Origin: Candidatus Geocrenenecus huangii
GTDB lineage: Archaea; Thermoproteota; Nitrososphaeria_A; Caldarchaeales; Wolframiiraptoraceae
Assembly: GCA_023254095.1 (NCBI GenBank)
Contig: JALNLM010000001.1
Coordinates: 141,560-205,559, forward strand
Length of the DNA stretch: 64,000 bases
Direction: 5' to 3'
Of this stretch, positions 38,710 through 47,974 are shown piece after piece. Positions within the stretch are counted from its first letter, which is position 1, and each line of letters opens with the position of its first letter. A program made the translations under genes and the position numbers. Under the pieces are notes generated by a model. It saw nothing but the letters and a program-made list of their open reading frames with translations. It was not told the origin of the DNA and did not search any database.

Positions 38710-40554
38710 ATGTATGGTTATGGAAAAATAGCTGAGGTAGACTTAACCAATAAGAAAATTTCCATAAAAGATGTTGATGAATATCTAGCATATGAGTTTA
38801 TTGGTGGAAGAGGATGGACATCTTATCTAATCTTCAAAGAACTGGATAAAATAGTAGATGGATTACATCCATCAAATGTCCTCGTAGTCGCGACGGGCCC
38901 ATTAAACGCCACCTTCTTCCAAGGTGGTGGAAAAACAGAGTTTGGAGCGCTCAGCCCACAGACAGGCATCTACGGAGATAGCAATGTTGGAGGATATCTG
39001 GGTTACCGTCTAAGAAGAGCGGGAATAGACTGCCTCGTCATTAAAGGAAAAACATCAGAACCATCATACATTTATGTAGAAGATGGTAGAGTTGAAGTAA
39101 ATGAGTCTCCAGAGTTATGGGGTTTGAACTCGAGTGAAGTAGATAGAAAACTTAGAGAAAGGTATGGTGAAGAATGTTCTATTGCCAGTATAGGTGTAGC
39201 GGGGGAGAAGCAGGTCCTCTTTGCATGTATCAACGTCGACTGGAATCTCAGAAAGTATAGACATGGTCAAGCTGGAAGAACAGGAATGGGGGCCGTAATG
39301 GGTTCCAAGAACTTGAAAGCAATCGTAGTGAAAGGTTCCGGAGAAGTGAAAGTAGCTGACCCTGAAAGGCTTAGAGACGTAGCTAGGAGATTCCAAAAAC
39401 AGATCTTGGAAAGCCCAACATACGACGTATTTAGGAGGCAGGGAACTATGCTGACTATTGAGTGGGCTAACAATGCGGAGGCTCTACCTACATACAACTT
39501 CCAGAAATCCAAGTACGAGTATGCAGACATGATAAGTGGATATATCCTAGAAAAGGTTAAGGTGAAAGATAGACCATGCTCAAACTGTATAGTTCCGTGC
39601 GAGCATGTTGTTCCATTCAACGTTAGAGGGTTAAAGAATGAGATAGGCGTAGAGTATGAGACGGCGGCCATGATAGGATCTAACACAGGTCTCAAGACCC
39701 TAGAAGAGATAGCGTACGCAAACTATCTATGCGATGACTATGGAGTCGACACCATAACGATGGGCTCTATAATAGCTTTCGTAATGGAATGCTTCCAGAA
39801 AGGGATACTTGAAGAGAGGGATATAGGCTTCAAAGTTCAATGGGGAGATATAGAATGCGTATCCAAACTAATCGAAATTACGGCTAAGAAGGAAGGGTTC
39901 GGAGAATTAACAGCTCAAGGAGTTAAAAAAATGTCTGAGAAGATAGGTAGAGGTTCCGAAAAATTTGCAATGCATGTTAAGGGACTAGAGATAAGCGCTT
40001 ACGACCATAGAGCAGCTACAGCTATGGCCCTAAGCTACGCTACATGCGATATCGGAGCACACCATAATCGTTCATGGGCCATAACCTACGACTTACAGGT
40101 AGGCAGACATAGCTATGATGAAGACAAAGTTGAGAGAGTAATCTACCTCCAACATATTAGACCATTATTCGACATGCTCGGTGCATGTAGACTCCATTGG
40201 GTTGAACTAGGAGTAGACCCGAACCTGTATGCTGAAGCCTACTCTGCAATCACTGGAAGAGAAGTACCACTAAGTGAACTATTGAAGAAGAGTGAAAGGG
40301 TATGGAATCTAACTAGAGTAATGGCTATACTTAGAAAGAAGATAACTATCGAGGACGATATGCTTCCAGCGAGAGATTTCGAAGACCCTGTACCTGAAGG
40401 CTCAACGAAGGGTGCGAAGCTTTCAAGAGAAGAATTTACCAAGATGTTGAAGACATACTACAGGAAGCGTGGATGGGATGACCGTGGATGGCCTGCCAAG
40501 GAGAAGCTGATCGAACTTGGATTAGAGGAAGCTGCTAAAAGATTATATGGATAG
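38710..40554 (+). CDS. aor: Aldehyde:ferredoxin oxidoreductase family tungstoenzyme
   Basis: IGGRG, SPQTG, AGRTGMGAVMGSKNLKA, CSNCIVPC, EYET, DDYGVD and GAHH. Confidence 0.92.
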   Translation: MYGYGKIAEVDLTNKKISIKDVDEYLAYEFIGGRGWTSYLIFKELDKIVDGLHPSNVLVVATGPLNATFFQGGGKTEFGALSPQTGIYGDSNVGGYLGYRLRRAGIDCLVIKGKTSEPSYIYVEDGRVEVNESPELWGLNSSEVDRKLRERYGEECSIASIGVAGEKQVLFACINVDWNLRKYRHGQAGRTGMGAVMGSKNLKAIVVKGSGEVKVADPERLRDVARRFQKQILESPTYDVFRRQGTMLTIEWANNAEALPTYNFQKSKYEYADMISGYILEKVKVKDRPCSNCIVPCEHVVPFNVRGLKNEIGVEYETAAMIGSNTGLKTLEEIAYANYLCDDYGVDTITMGSIIAFVMECFQKGILEERDIGFKVQWGDIECVSKLIEITAKKEGFGELTAQGVKKMSEKIGRGSEKFAMHVKGLEISAYDHRAATAMALSYATCDIGAHHNRSWAITYDLQVGRHSYDEDKVERVIYLQHIRPLFDMLGACRLHWVELGVDPNLYAEAYSAITGREVPLSELLKKSERVWNLTRVMAILRKKITIEDDMLPARDFEDPVPEGSTKGAKLSREEFTKMLKTYYRKRGWDDRGWPAKEKLIELGLEEAAKRLYG

Positions 40555-40562
40555 ATGATATC

Positions 40563-41738
40563 CTAGCAGAACTTCACAGTCTTGAATCTCTCCAGTAATG
40601 CCTGTACTTCTCTTTTTATCTTCTTTGGATCTTCACCCTCCATAGCCCTGTAGACTAGCTTAGCAATCTTCTCCATCTCTCTCTTACCCATCCCTCTCCT
40701 GGTAACCTCGTTTGTTCCAAACCTGACCCCTGCATCGGCTATTATCCCACATTCCTCAAGCCTATCTCTAACCTTAATTTTCGCTTCATCATCCTGAATA
40801 TCGAGCACGATTTGATGGCTTTCAGTATATCCTCTATCCCTAGCTTTGATGCTTATCCCGATTGAAGCTAGAGAAGCGGCAAGATACTTAGCATTCTCTA
40901 CTATCTTCGTTGCGTAGGCCGACCCATACTTCAGCATTTCTTCAACAGTTACAGCGTATGCTGCCAATCTGTTTAAATGAATATTATCAACAATTTTGTG
41001 GTAAAGGTTTCCTGAAAGCTTTTCATATACTTCTTTGTCGTTTGTGTAGACTACTGCTCCCTGAGGTCCTGGAAATGTTTTATGAGTTGAGGCATAAACT
41101 AGGTCTGCCCCCTCTCTTAAGGGGTCTTGGAAGACGCCGCCAGCAATCAACCCTAATACATGAGAGCCATCATAAGCTAGCACTCCTCCATAACTATGGA
41201 CTATATCTGAGAATTCTCTAACTGGATGCGGGAAAATTATCATGCTTCCACCTAAGACTACTAGCTCGGGTTTCTTTTCCTCGATTACCCTTAAACTATC
41301 TTCTATTAATGGCGTAAAGTATTCATTCGAGGAAGGCAGCTCTATCAATTCTGCCCCGACTATGAGCGGTATCCTATCCTTCTCATATCCTGGATATCCA
41401 CCTTTCTCCGATGGTAGAGTTGCTAGCCTTTTATCTTTCGCAAAAGTATGAGATACGAGTATGGCGGCAATATGTCCTGAGAGCGGTTCTAGGAGTACAT
41501 AGTCTGCTTTAAACAGTCTACGAGTTAACTCTTCAGCGTAATTCCATAATTCATGTACATATCTCGTCCCACCATAGAACTCGGGTCTGAGAGCATATCT
41601 TCCAGCGAGATCCGTAGATAAAGCTTTCAATGCTCTTGGACTTAAGATGTTCTCACTAGGTATCAAGTTTAAGACTCTACGTCTATATTTTTCGTGAGTT
41701 CTAATAATGTTCCATGCGTCCTGTTGTTTCTTACTCAT
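40563..41738 (-). CDS. glyA: Serine hydroxymethyltransferase (archaeal type)
   Basis: LNLIPSEN, YDGSHVLGL, STHKTFPGPQG and GVRFGTNEVTR. Confidence 0.9.
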   Translation of the reverse strand: MSKKQQDAWNIIRTHEKYRRRVLNLIPSENILSPRALKALSTDLAGRYALRPEFYGGTRYVHELWNYAEELTRRLFKADYVLLEPLSGHIAAILVSHTFAKDKRLATLPSEKGGYPGYEKDRIPLIVGAELIELPSSNEYFTPLIEDSLRVIEEKKPELVVLGGSMIIFPHPVREFSDIVHSYGGVLAYDGSHVLGLIAGGVFQDPLREGADLVYASTHKTFPGPQGAVVYTNDKEVYEKLSGNLYHKIVDNIHLNRLAAYAVTVEEMLKYGSAYATKIVENAKYLAASLASIGISIKARDRGYTESHQIVLDIQDDEAKIKVRDRLEECGIIADAGVRFGTNEVTRRGMGKREMEKIAKLVYRAMEGEDPKKIKREVQALLERFKTVKFC

Positions 41739-41743
41739 CTTCG

Positions 41744-41965
41744 CTACTCACCTTTCTTTGATGATCTTAGACTTGATAAGTAGTTTTTAAGTTCTTCTAC
41801 ATTCTCTTCATGTGAGCTTTTTCTTCTTTCATCAACGTACAAACCTATCTTTCTTGCTTCCCGGACACTTAGACCTACTTTTCTTAATTCATTTACAGAA
41901 AAACCTCTACCGACCCTGATCTTCAATGCATCTTCATGCTTCCTCTTGACAATAGGTCGAGACAT
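41744..41965 (-). CDS. rpl13e: 50S ribosomal protein L13e
   Basis: [13 protein letters not shown]....A..IGL.VD.RRKS...ENV. Confidence 0.93.
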   Translation of the reverse strand: MSRPIVKRKHEDALKIRVGRGFSVNELRKVGLSVREARKIGLYVDERRKSSHEENVEELKNYLSSLRSSKKGE

Positions 41966-42154
41966 CGCTACATAACAGGATATCTAGACGACTATTTAAA
42001 TACATAAACCATAGATGATCTTCAACGTGTCTGCTCCACAGTTTAAGATTTCCAATTAGGCTCCCCTATGTATTGGAAGACCTACTTAAACAACCATGTA
42101 AAGAAGGGAAAAGGTAGCCCCGACCAGTTTCTCAATCGAGATTTCTAGAAATTG

Positions 42155-42178
42155 TTTGTGAACGTTCGCGAATTATAA
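42155..42178 (+). promoter_or_regulatory. Imperfect palindrome directly upstream of a TTATAA box
   Basis: TTTGTGAAC|GTTCGCGAA (7/9 symmetric, 42155-42172) abuts TTATAA at 42173-42178. A perfect 12-bp palindrome ATTTCTAGAAAT lies at 42141-42152. Confidence 0.4.
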
Positions 42179-42211
42179 GCTTATCTTAGGCAGAAAAATT
42201 GATCTGATGAG

Positions 42212-43612
42212 ATGAAGGCGGTTAGGGAAATTCTCTTCAGAATAAGTGCCTTATCCATTATTGTGACGCTTTTAGTCAGTCCGATGTCTTCAGTAATAGC
42301 GGAAGAGGAACCACCGATAAAAATTCCCCTTGGTTTAGAGATGTCAGCATCCCTTAAAGAAATTATCATGCAGCACAAGGAGGCCATACACTTATACATT
42401 ATGGAGGCGAGGACGCGTAATATGATCGCATCTCAGGAACGGCTTCGACTAATAGATGAGTATCATCAACAGCTAAGACAAAGAATCCAGTTGATGAACC
42501 AAGAGAGAGACAATCTCCTAGAGAAGCTGCAGAACGGGACGATATCCCCGCAAGAGTTTTCCTTGGAGATAAGGAGATTAATGGCAGAGTCACGCATATT
42601 AGCCATATTCTCCGAGAAGTTGGGTCATAAGATTAGCGATATAGGCAAAAACCTGTCACAGGACCTTACTCATGTAGCAGATGAGATAGTCGAAGCGAAC
42701 ATGCTGTTCTCTGACCAGTTAAAAGAAATGCATCAACAGATTAGAGAGGAATTAATTATGGGCATGTATACACATGATATCTGGAACGTAACAAATTGTA
42801 CAAAGCTACAATCGATTTCTAGTGCTCTAAACAAAGCATTATCCAGACTAGAAGAAGCTAGGAATAAGCTAATGGAGAAGATCGAAAACCTGAGAAACAA
42901 TATCTCAGCAATTGATGAGTCCATTCAACAATCTTCTCCAAATAGTAGCGATTGTTTAGAACTGTTAAGCAACTTGACTGCGAGACTAGATGGATTACAA
43001 AAAGAGATATTCTATCTAAATAAGACGAAGAGTGAGTCGATGAAGAAGTTAAGCCGGCTACGTGAGGATCTGAATCAATTTACTGGAAGACTAGAAGAAC
43101 TAGAAAAAAGAATCAATGAGCTCGAGAGCCAGTATAGAGCATTGAATAGTGAAAAAAGAGAACTAGAAAATAAATTGAATCTTAAGGGGGAAGAAAGTAA
43201 AGAGAGGGAGAGGGTAAGAGAAAGACTCCAAGAACTACTCAGAGAGATGAATAAGTTGAATACGACGAGAAGACAATGTAACGAAATAATGAACGAGATT
43301 AGGAATATGATCGAGAAGCATCTCAAAGCGATTGAAGAACTAAGAAATGCTACACAACGTTTCCAGGAAGAGATTAGAAAGAAGATAAGAGAACGTGAAG
43401 AGTTGCTCAAGATCGTCGAAGAAGTTAGAGAGAAGTGTGATGCAGAGAACAGAACTGTAGTAAAGATGTATATCAAGAAGTCTTTACTGGAAAGGATGCT
43501 TAAGTTCCTAGAGAGCGAACTCAAGAAGATAGAGCTTAAGATAAAGATATTGTCGAATTGGCTCCGCGAAGTCGATGAAAAAATTGCCGAGTTCTGCCAA
43601 CAACCCACCTAG
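42212..43612 (+). CDS. Secreted long coiled-coil protein
   Basis: Signal peptide (about residues 1-30, ending VIA), many N-X-S/T sequons, heptad repeats and 5 Cys. Confidence 0.82.
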   Translation: MKAVREILFRISALSIIVTLLVSPMSSVIAEEEPPIKIPLGLEMSASLKEIIMQHKEAIHLYIMEARTRNMIASQERLRLIDEYHQQLRQRIQLMNQERDNLLEKLQNGTISPQEFSLEIRRLMAESRILAIFSEKLGHKISDIGKNLSQDLTHVADEIVEANMLFSDQLKEMHQQIREELIMGMYTHDIWNVTNCTKLQSISSALNKALSRLEEARNKLMEKIENLRNNISAIDESIQQSSPNSSDCLELLSNLTARLDGLQKEIFYLNKTKSESMKKLSRLREDLNQFTGRLEELEKRINELESQYRALNSEKRELENKLNLKGEESKERERVRERLQELLREMNKLNTTRRQCNEIMNEIRNMIEKHLKAIEELRNATQRFQEEIRKKIREREELLKIVEEVREKCDAENRTVVKMYIKKSLLERMLKFLESELKKIELKIKILSNWLREVDEKIAEFCQQPT

Positions 43613-43694
43613 AAAACCCGCCATTTACTTAAAAATAAATATCTTCAATTCTAACTAGAAAGTATATTAATAAAAACACTATAGGGATGATCCA

Positions 43695-44699
43695 GTGATG
43701 GAATGTAAGAAGAGAGCCTTCCTGCTGATGATCAGCCTCCTCTTGCTAACCCCCTTTCTCAATATCATTGTTTCAGCTTATTCAATAGATTTCGAAAATA
43801 ATAGTTATACAATTAAGCTATCAGAAGACGGTTCAGCGGTATGGGTCATTGAATCCTCAACTTTTCTAAACTCCGAAGAAGACCTACGAGCTTTTATGAG
43901 TTATGTCGAAAATTTTAATTATTACAAGAAGGGTATACTCGAAAATTTTACGTCGAAAATAGAGAAGATTCTAACTGATGTTTCTAGATACGTTGATAGA
44001 CCCATGGAAGCCGTAGACTTCGATATATCTGTAGATGTAATAGATACCCTAGTAGGTAAAGTGGGGAGGTTAACCTACACCTTCAAGTGGATAGGTTTCT
44101 CCGAAACGAAAGATGGAAGATTAATCGTCGGCGACGTCTTCGTTGGAGGGTTCTACTTATATGAAGGTGATTCCCTAACTATATCAATTCCAGAAGATTA
44201 CTCCTTCGAAGAAGTCTACCCACAACCTGATAAAGAATATGAGGGGGCCGCTACATGGTTTGGGAAAAAGCTATTTCCAGATAAGACGCCCCATATCTTG
44301 GCTTCCCCATCAACTATGATCGAAGAAACCTTAACAACTAAAACTGAACCTCCTCAAACCTCTTCAACTACTGGATACACAGTATCTCCACTAAGCGATA
44401 CCATGTCTTGGCAACCTATCGCAACGTATTCCTCTATCATATTAGTAATAGTGGTGGGAGTAATAGTAGCCATATTTCTCAGGGGCAGGTCGGAGCGAAA
44501 GTTTACCGTGAGGGATGCTGATAGGGTTATAGAGGTACTTAGACGATTAGGTGGCTCAGCCCTCCAAAAAAAGATCGTTGAAGAAACAGGATTCTCTAAA
44601 GCAAAAGTAAGCGAGATCGTATCTGCTTTAGAGAAGAACAAAGTCATAGAGAAGGTCAGGGTTGGACGTTCACATCTAATAGTCTTAAAGAAGAAATAG
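43695..44699 (+). CDS. Membrane-anchored transcriptional regulator (exported domain, TM helix, C-terminal wHTH; COG2512-like)
   Basis: Signal peptide, EDGSAVW...GDVF exported domain, Thr/Ser linker, TM helix, and HTH LQKKIVEETGFSKAKVSEIVSALE...KVRVGR. Confidence 0.85.
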   Translation: MMECKKRAFLLMISLLLLTPFLNIIVSAYSIDFENNSYTIKLSEDGSAVWVIESSTFLNSEEDLRAFMSYVENFNYYKKGILENFTSKIEKILTDVSRYVDRPMEAVDFDISVDVIDTLVGKVGRLTYTFKWIGFSETKDGRLIVGDVFVGGFYLYEGDSLTISIPEDYSFEEVYPQPDKEYEGAATWFGKKLFPDKTPHILASPSTMIEETLTTKTEPPQTSSTTGYTVSPLSDTMSWQPIATYSSIILVIVVGVIVAIFLRGRSERKFTVRDADRVIEVLRRLGGSALQKKIVEETGFSKAKVSEIVSALEKNKVIEKVRVGRSHLIVLKKK

Positions 44700-44813
44700 A
44701 GTTAGATCTATGTCTGAATCGTTATTAACACGTACTTCCCGCATCTCAGGTGAAAAACGTATTTCCAAGATTCGTGAAAAGTTTAAAGCTTCAACATTAA
44801 TACTGATGACTGG

Positions 44814-45320
44814 ATGGGAGCTATGCCTAAGCATCCAAAGTTTCCAAGTTCCGTAAAGTATAAAGCGAGGGTTGGGTATGAAGGTGAATACTATCTTGTC
44901 CAGAAGTTCATCTCCGCAGGTAACGGCTTCTACGCTGTTAGAACTCCTGGTAGCGGGTCTGGCAAGATGGCTAAGCCTGATATAATCGCTACAGATAATG
45001 GAGAGCTTCTAGCTATAGAGGTAAAATCTACGAGGAAAAAATATGTCATACTTAACCAAGACCAGGTAGGAAGACTTTTAGAGTTTTGTAGGAGGTTCGT
45101 AGTTAAATGCCCGAACTGTGATGAAGAGATCAAGCCTAAGCCTATTTTAGCAGTTAGGTTTCTGAATAGAGGCTGGAGATTTATCGAGGTGCCTCATGAC
45201 TGGGATGGAAGTATCATCGTGAGAGCCGATGAGGCTTCTCCAAGACTTTTACGATCTTCTCTTTCTCATGCTGATGTTGAATGTGGAAGCTCTTCTCTAA
45301 AGAAGAAAGCTCCAAGATGA
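44814..45320 (+). CDS. hjc: Archaeal Holliday junction resolvase family nuclease
   Basis: G..GE, AVRTPGSGS, PDIIA, IEVKS and LAVRF...W.F (PD-(D/E)xK fold). Confidence 0.85.
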   Translation: MGAMPKHPKFPSSVKYKARVGYEGEYYLVQKFISAGNGFYAVRTPGSGSGKMAKPDIIATDNGELLAIEVKSTRKKYVILNQDQVGRLLEFCRRFVVKCPNCDEEIKPKPILAVRFLNRGWRFIEVPHDWDGSIIVRADEASPRLLRSSLSHADVECGSSSLKKKAPR

Positions 45321-45621
45321 ACTGGTTTAGATAGTGGCTAAATGTTGGAGCGTTCTTAACCCATTTCCTTTCACTAGGCTTTGATAGGTATCCTAGTTCA
45401 GCAAGATTTTGTAGCAAAGTTCCAATCGACCTTCTCTTCTGGCGGCTTTCAATGATATCTTTTGAAAGTAGGTTGACTACATCCGTTAACGTGAATACTC
45501 TATCTTCTATAGAAGCTACCGCACCCAATACTTGTATGACTTCTTCTATACCTAGTTTCCTAACTCTCCAAGAAAGCATCTTTAAGACCGGGTTATCCAG
45601 CTTACTCATAGTGTTACTCAC
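45214..45621 (-). CDS. Hypothetical winged-helix protein
   Basis: FTLTDVVNLL...RSIGTLLQNLAELGYLSK...KW resembles a wHTH; coupled to the upstream coiled-coil gene. Confidence 0.65.
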   Translation of the reverse strand: MSNTMSKLDNPVLKMLSWRVRKLGIEEVIQVLGAVASIEDRVFTLTDVVNLLSKDIIESRQKRRSIGTLLQNLAELGYLSKPSERKWVKNAPTFSHYLNQFILELSSLEKSFHIQHQHEKEKIVKVLEKPHRLSR

Positions 45622-47248
45622 CTCTAACTTTTCTGAGAATTATATCTGGCTGGAGGTCATAGGTTTTACCACATTTACCACATCTGAATCTAAGCTTCAT
45701 ATTCTGAGAAGATAATTCTTCGAGCTCAGCTTCTGAAGGTAGAGCAATGATGCTTGCTTCCCTGCAGTATATACATGTTATCCTAGCTTTTCTTCCCTCA
45801 GATATGCTCTTCAACCCAGACGTTACACCATCTTGCGAAACAGCTACTAAATCACTCTGAATCTCAACTTTCTTTTCATGTTCAGGTTTAACGGCTTCTA
45901 CCCTACTTCTCTCTTCGATACTCCTCCTAAGAGAAGCAATCTCCTCTTCAAGTGCAATCCTCTTCTCGCTTAGAAGCTTTAATTCCTTTTCCACTCTTTC
46001 GAAAACCCATCTCGGAACAAAATCTTTCTTGAGATACGGCATGACGAGATCTATCAACGTCTTCCGGACCCTATCCAAAAGATATGGTTCTAAAGGTTTC
46101 TGAGCTAACGCTTCACCTTTCTTAACTTTAACAAGTTTCTGGATATACTGTGATAACTGCTCAAGATCTTCGACTGTTCCCCCTTCCGGGTCTTGAAGTA
46201 GTTTCAGTACAGAGTAAGCTGCCACCATCTCTCCATCAAGTAGATCGATAATTGATTCCTTGTTCTTGATTTCTTTCTCTAACACCTCCACTTTTTCAAG
46301 AAGCTCTTTCTGTTTGGTCAGTATCTCTTTAATTGATGCCTCAACACCTATGAGCTCTGCCAATTCATTCTTTAATTCTTCGACCTTCTTACCTAATTCT
46401 TCAGACTCTCTCTTCTTTTCCTGGAGTAAGAGGTTTATTTCTCTTAGGTCAAACTTCATGTTCGTCAATTCTTCTATTTCTTTCTTCAAACTATCTACTT
46501 CTTCACTATACTTAGAAAGCTCGGATTGTACAATATCTCTTTCGATGGATAATTTCTCAATATCATTTTTCAAATTCCTTAATCCATCAACGAGACCGTA
46601 TTCTTCTCTAAGAAGCATGTCCAAAGTCTCTCTTTCCTGGGATATCTTCTCTAGAGATTCTTTGGCTTCTATCAATTCTCTCTTTAATTTCTCTAATTCT
46701 TGAGAGAAGTTTTCATATTGAGAAACTTGAGAAACTATCCTGCTCACATCGTATCCTTGGTCTTTGAGATAACTCAACAATTTCGTGGCACGCTGTAGAT
46801 CTTCTATCCCTAATCCATTCTTTTTCAACTCTTCTAGTATATAGACTGTCTTCCTTACTGTTTCAAGCGTCATGTTGTATTGCTCCATGTAAAGTTTTAA
46901 GTCTTCTTCTAATTTCTTCCTCTTCTCTAATAGCTGCTCGATTGCGTATCTAGTTTTAACTTCTTCCTTAGTTATTTTCTCATAATCTTTTACAAGCATA
47001 GAATACGTTTTATGATATTCTTTCTCTAGTTTTCTCAATCTAAGAGCATGGTTAACATACCGCTGAAGAGTCTTTCTGTCCCATTTTAAACTATCCAGTA
47101 GCTCTATTAACTCTTTGACTTTATCTGCAGGTAGGCCTAACTCAAGTTTCCTAGACTCAGGTACAGCTATAATTACTTCGAATTCATCTCTAGACGTATT
47201 ATCTTCCCGTCCACTTTTTTCTTTTTGTTCAGTCAAAATTAGACTCAT
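45614..47248 (-). CDS. Long coiled-coil protein with a C-terminal CxxC..CxxC Zn finger
   Basis: About 400 aa of heptads; CIYC and CGKC near the C-terminus; no Walker motifs or TM helices. Confidence 0.8.
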   Translation of the reverse strand: MSLILTEQKEKSGREDNTSRDEFEVIIAVPESRKLELGLPADKVKELIELLDSLKWDRKTLQRYVNHALRLRKLEKEYHKTYSMLVKDYEKITKEEVKTRYAIEQLLEKRKKLEEDLKLYMEQYNMTLETVRKTVYILEELKKNGLGIEDLQRATKLLSYLKDQGYDVSRIVSQVSQYENFSQELEKLKRELIEAKESLEKISQERETLDMLLREEYGLVDGLRNLKNDIEKLSIERDIVQSELSKYSEEVDSLKKEIEELTNMKFDLREINLLLQEKKRESEELGKKVEELKNELAELIGVEASIKEILTKQKELLEKVEVLEKEIKNKESIIDLLDGEMVAAYSVLKLLQDPEGGTVEDLEQLSQYIQKLVKVKKGEALAQKPLEPYLLDRVRKTLIDLVMPYLKKDFVPRWVFERVEKELKLLSEKRIALEEEIASLRRSIEERSRVEAVKPEHEKKVEIQSDLVAVSQDGVTSGLKSISEGRKARITCIYCREASIIALPSEAELEELSSQNMKLRFRCGKCGKTYDLQPDIILRKVRGE

Positions 47249-47270
47249 ATAAACGTTTGTTCCGTGGGAT

Positions 47271-47299
47271 TTATAGGTTATGCTTGAATTATAGGTTAT
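47271..47299. repeat. Tandem 11-bp direct repeat in the promoter of the coiled-coil/wHTH pair
   Basis: TTATAGGTTAT at 47271-47281 and 47289-47299. Confidence 0.6.
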
Positions 47300-47398
47300 C
47301 TTTTTCAGGGTATTTCGTCAGTATTATCCAGAACTTAGGTAATCTCACCTAGTACTCTTTCTTAGATCTCTATTTGTGCATTTATGAAGTCGCATGAT

Positions 47399-47824
47399 TT
47401 AGCTTCTAGTTCTAGATTTCCTAAATCTAGATGTTCTAGGAGATCTAGGACGTCTTTCGCTAAAGCCTACCTGCTTCTCTGACATGTTATTATCTGTATT
47501 TACTTCACCCACTTGTATATTAGATGCTTCTATTGTGCCGAATCTTCCAAGATTTAACTGCATTCTACCCCTAAAGAGTTTAACGAAACCATTAACAATT
47601 CTTACTACGTCTCCTTCGTTTACGCTATCTACCTTGTCATCCCACAGTACTAGGTTTATTGCTCCGGTCTCATCAGCTATCAATACTTCACTCAATCTAT
47701 GTTCTGTCTGGTCATATTGCGATGAAACAATCCTTTCAGGCGACTTACTTACTACTTTTGCAACAAGGTTTACACCACGCGAACGTGGCGTAAGTTCTCC
47801 TATCTTAACCAAGTTTTCTACCAT
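47399..47824 (-). CDS. ssb: Single-stranded DNA-binding protein (single OB fold, crenarchaeal type)
   Basis: KIGEL....VNLVAKV, ADETGAINLVLW and NGFVKLFRGRMQLNLGRFG. Confidence 0.92.
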   Translation of the reverse strand: MVENLVKIGELTPRSRGVNLVAKVVSKSPERIVSSQYDQTEHRLSEVLIADETGAINLVLWDDKVDSVNEGDVVRIVNGFVKLFRGRMQLNLGRFGTIEASNIQVGEVNTDNNMSEKQVGFSERRPRSPRTSRFRKSRTRS

Positions 47825-47974
47825 TCTTAACTCCTCGATTTAAGTGGTTATAGTTGTTTCGGACAGTATTTAAGTATTTTGTTTTTAGCTAACACGACAT
47901 ATCTCCCCAACTGTTTATTTATGGTAAGCAATCTCACTTACTTTATGAAGTTTTTGAGAAAAAATTTCCATGTT

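Noticed and set aside
45614-47248. SMC/Rad50 ATPase
   Set aside because: No Walker A/B or signature motif, and no central hinge or hook; only coiled coil plus a terminal Zn finger.
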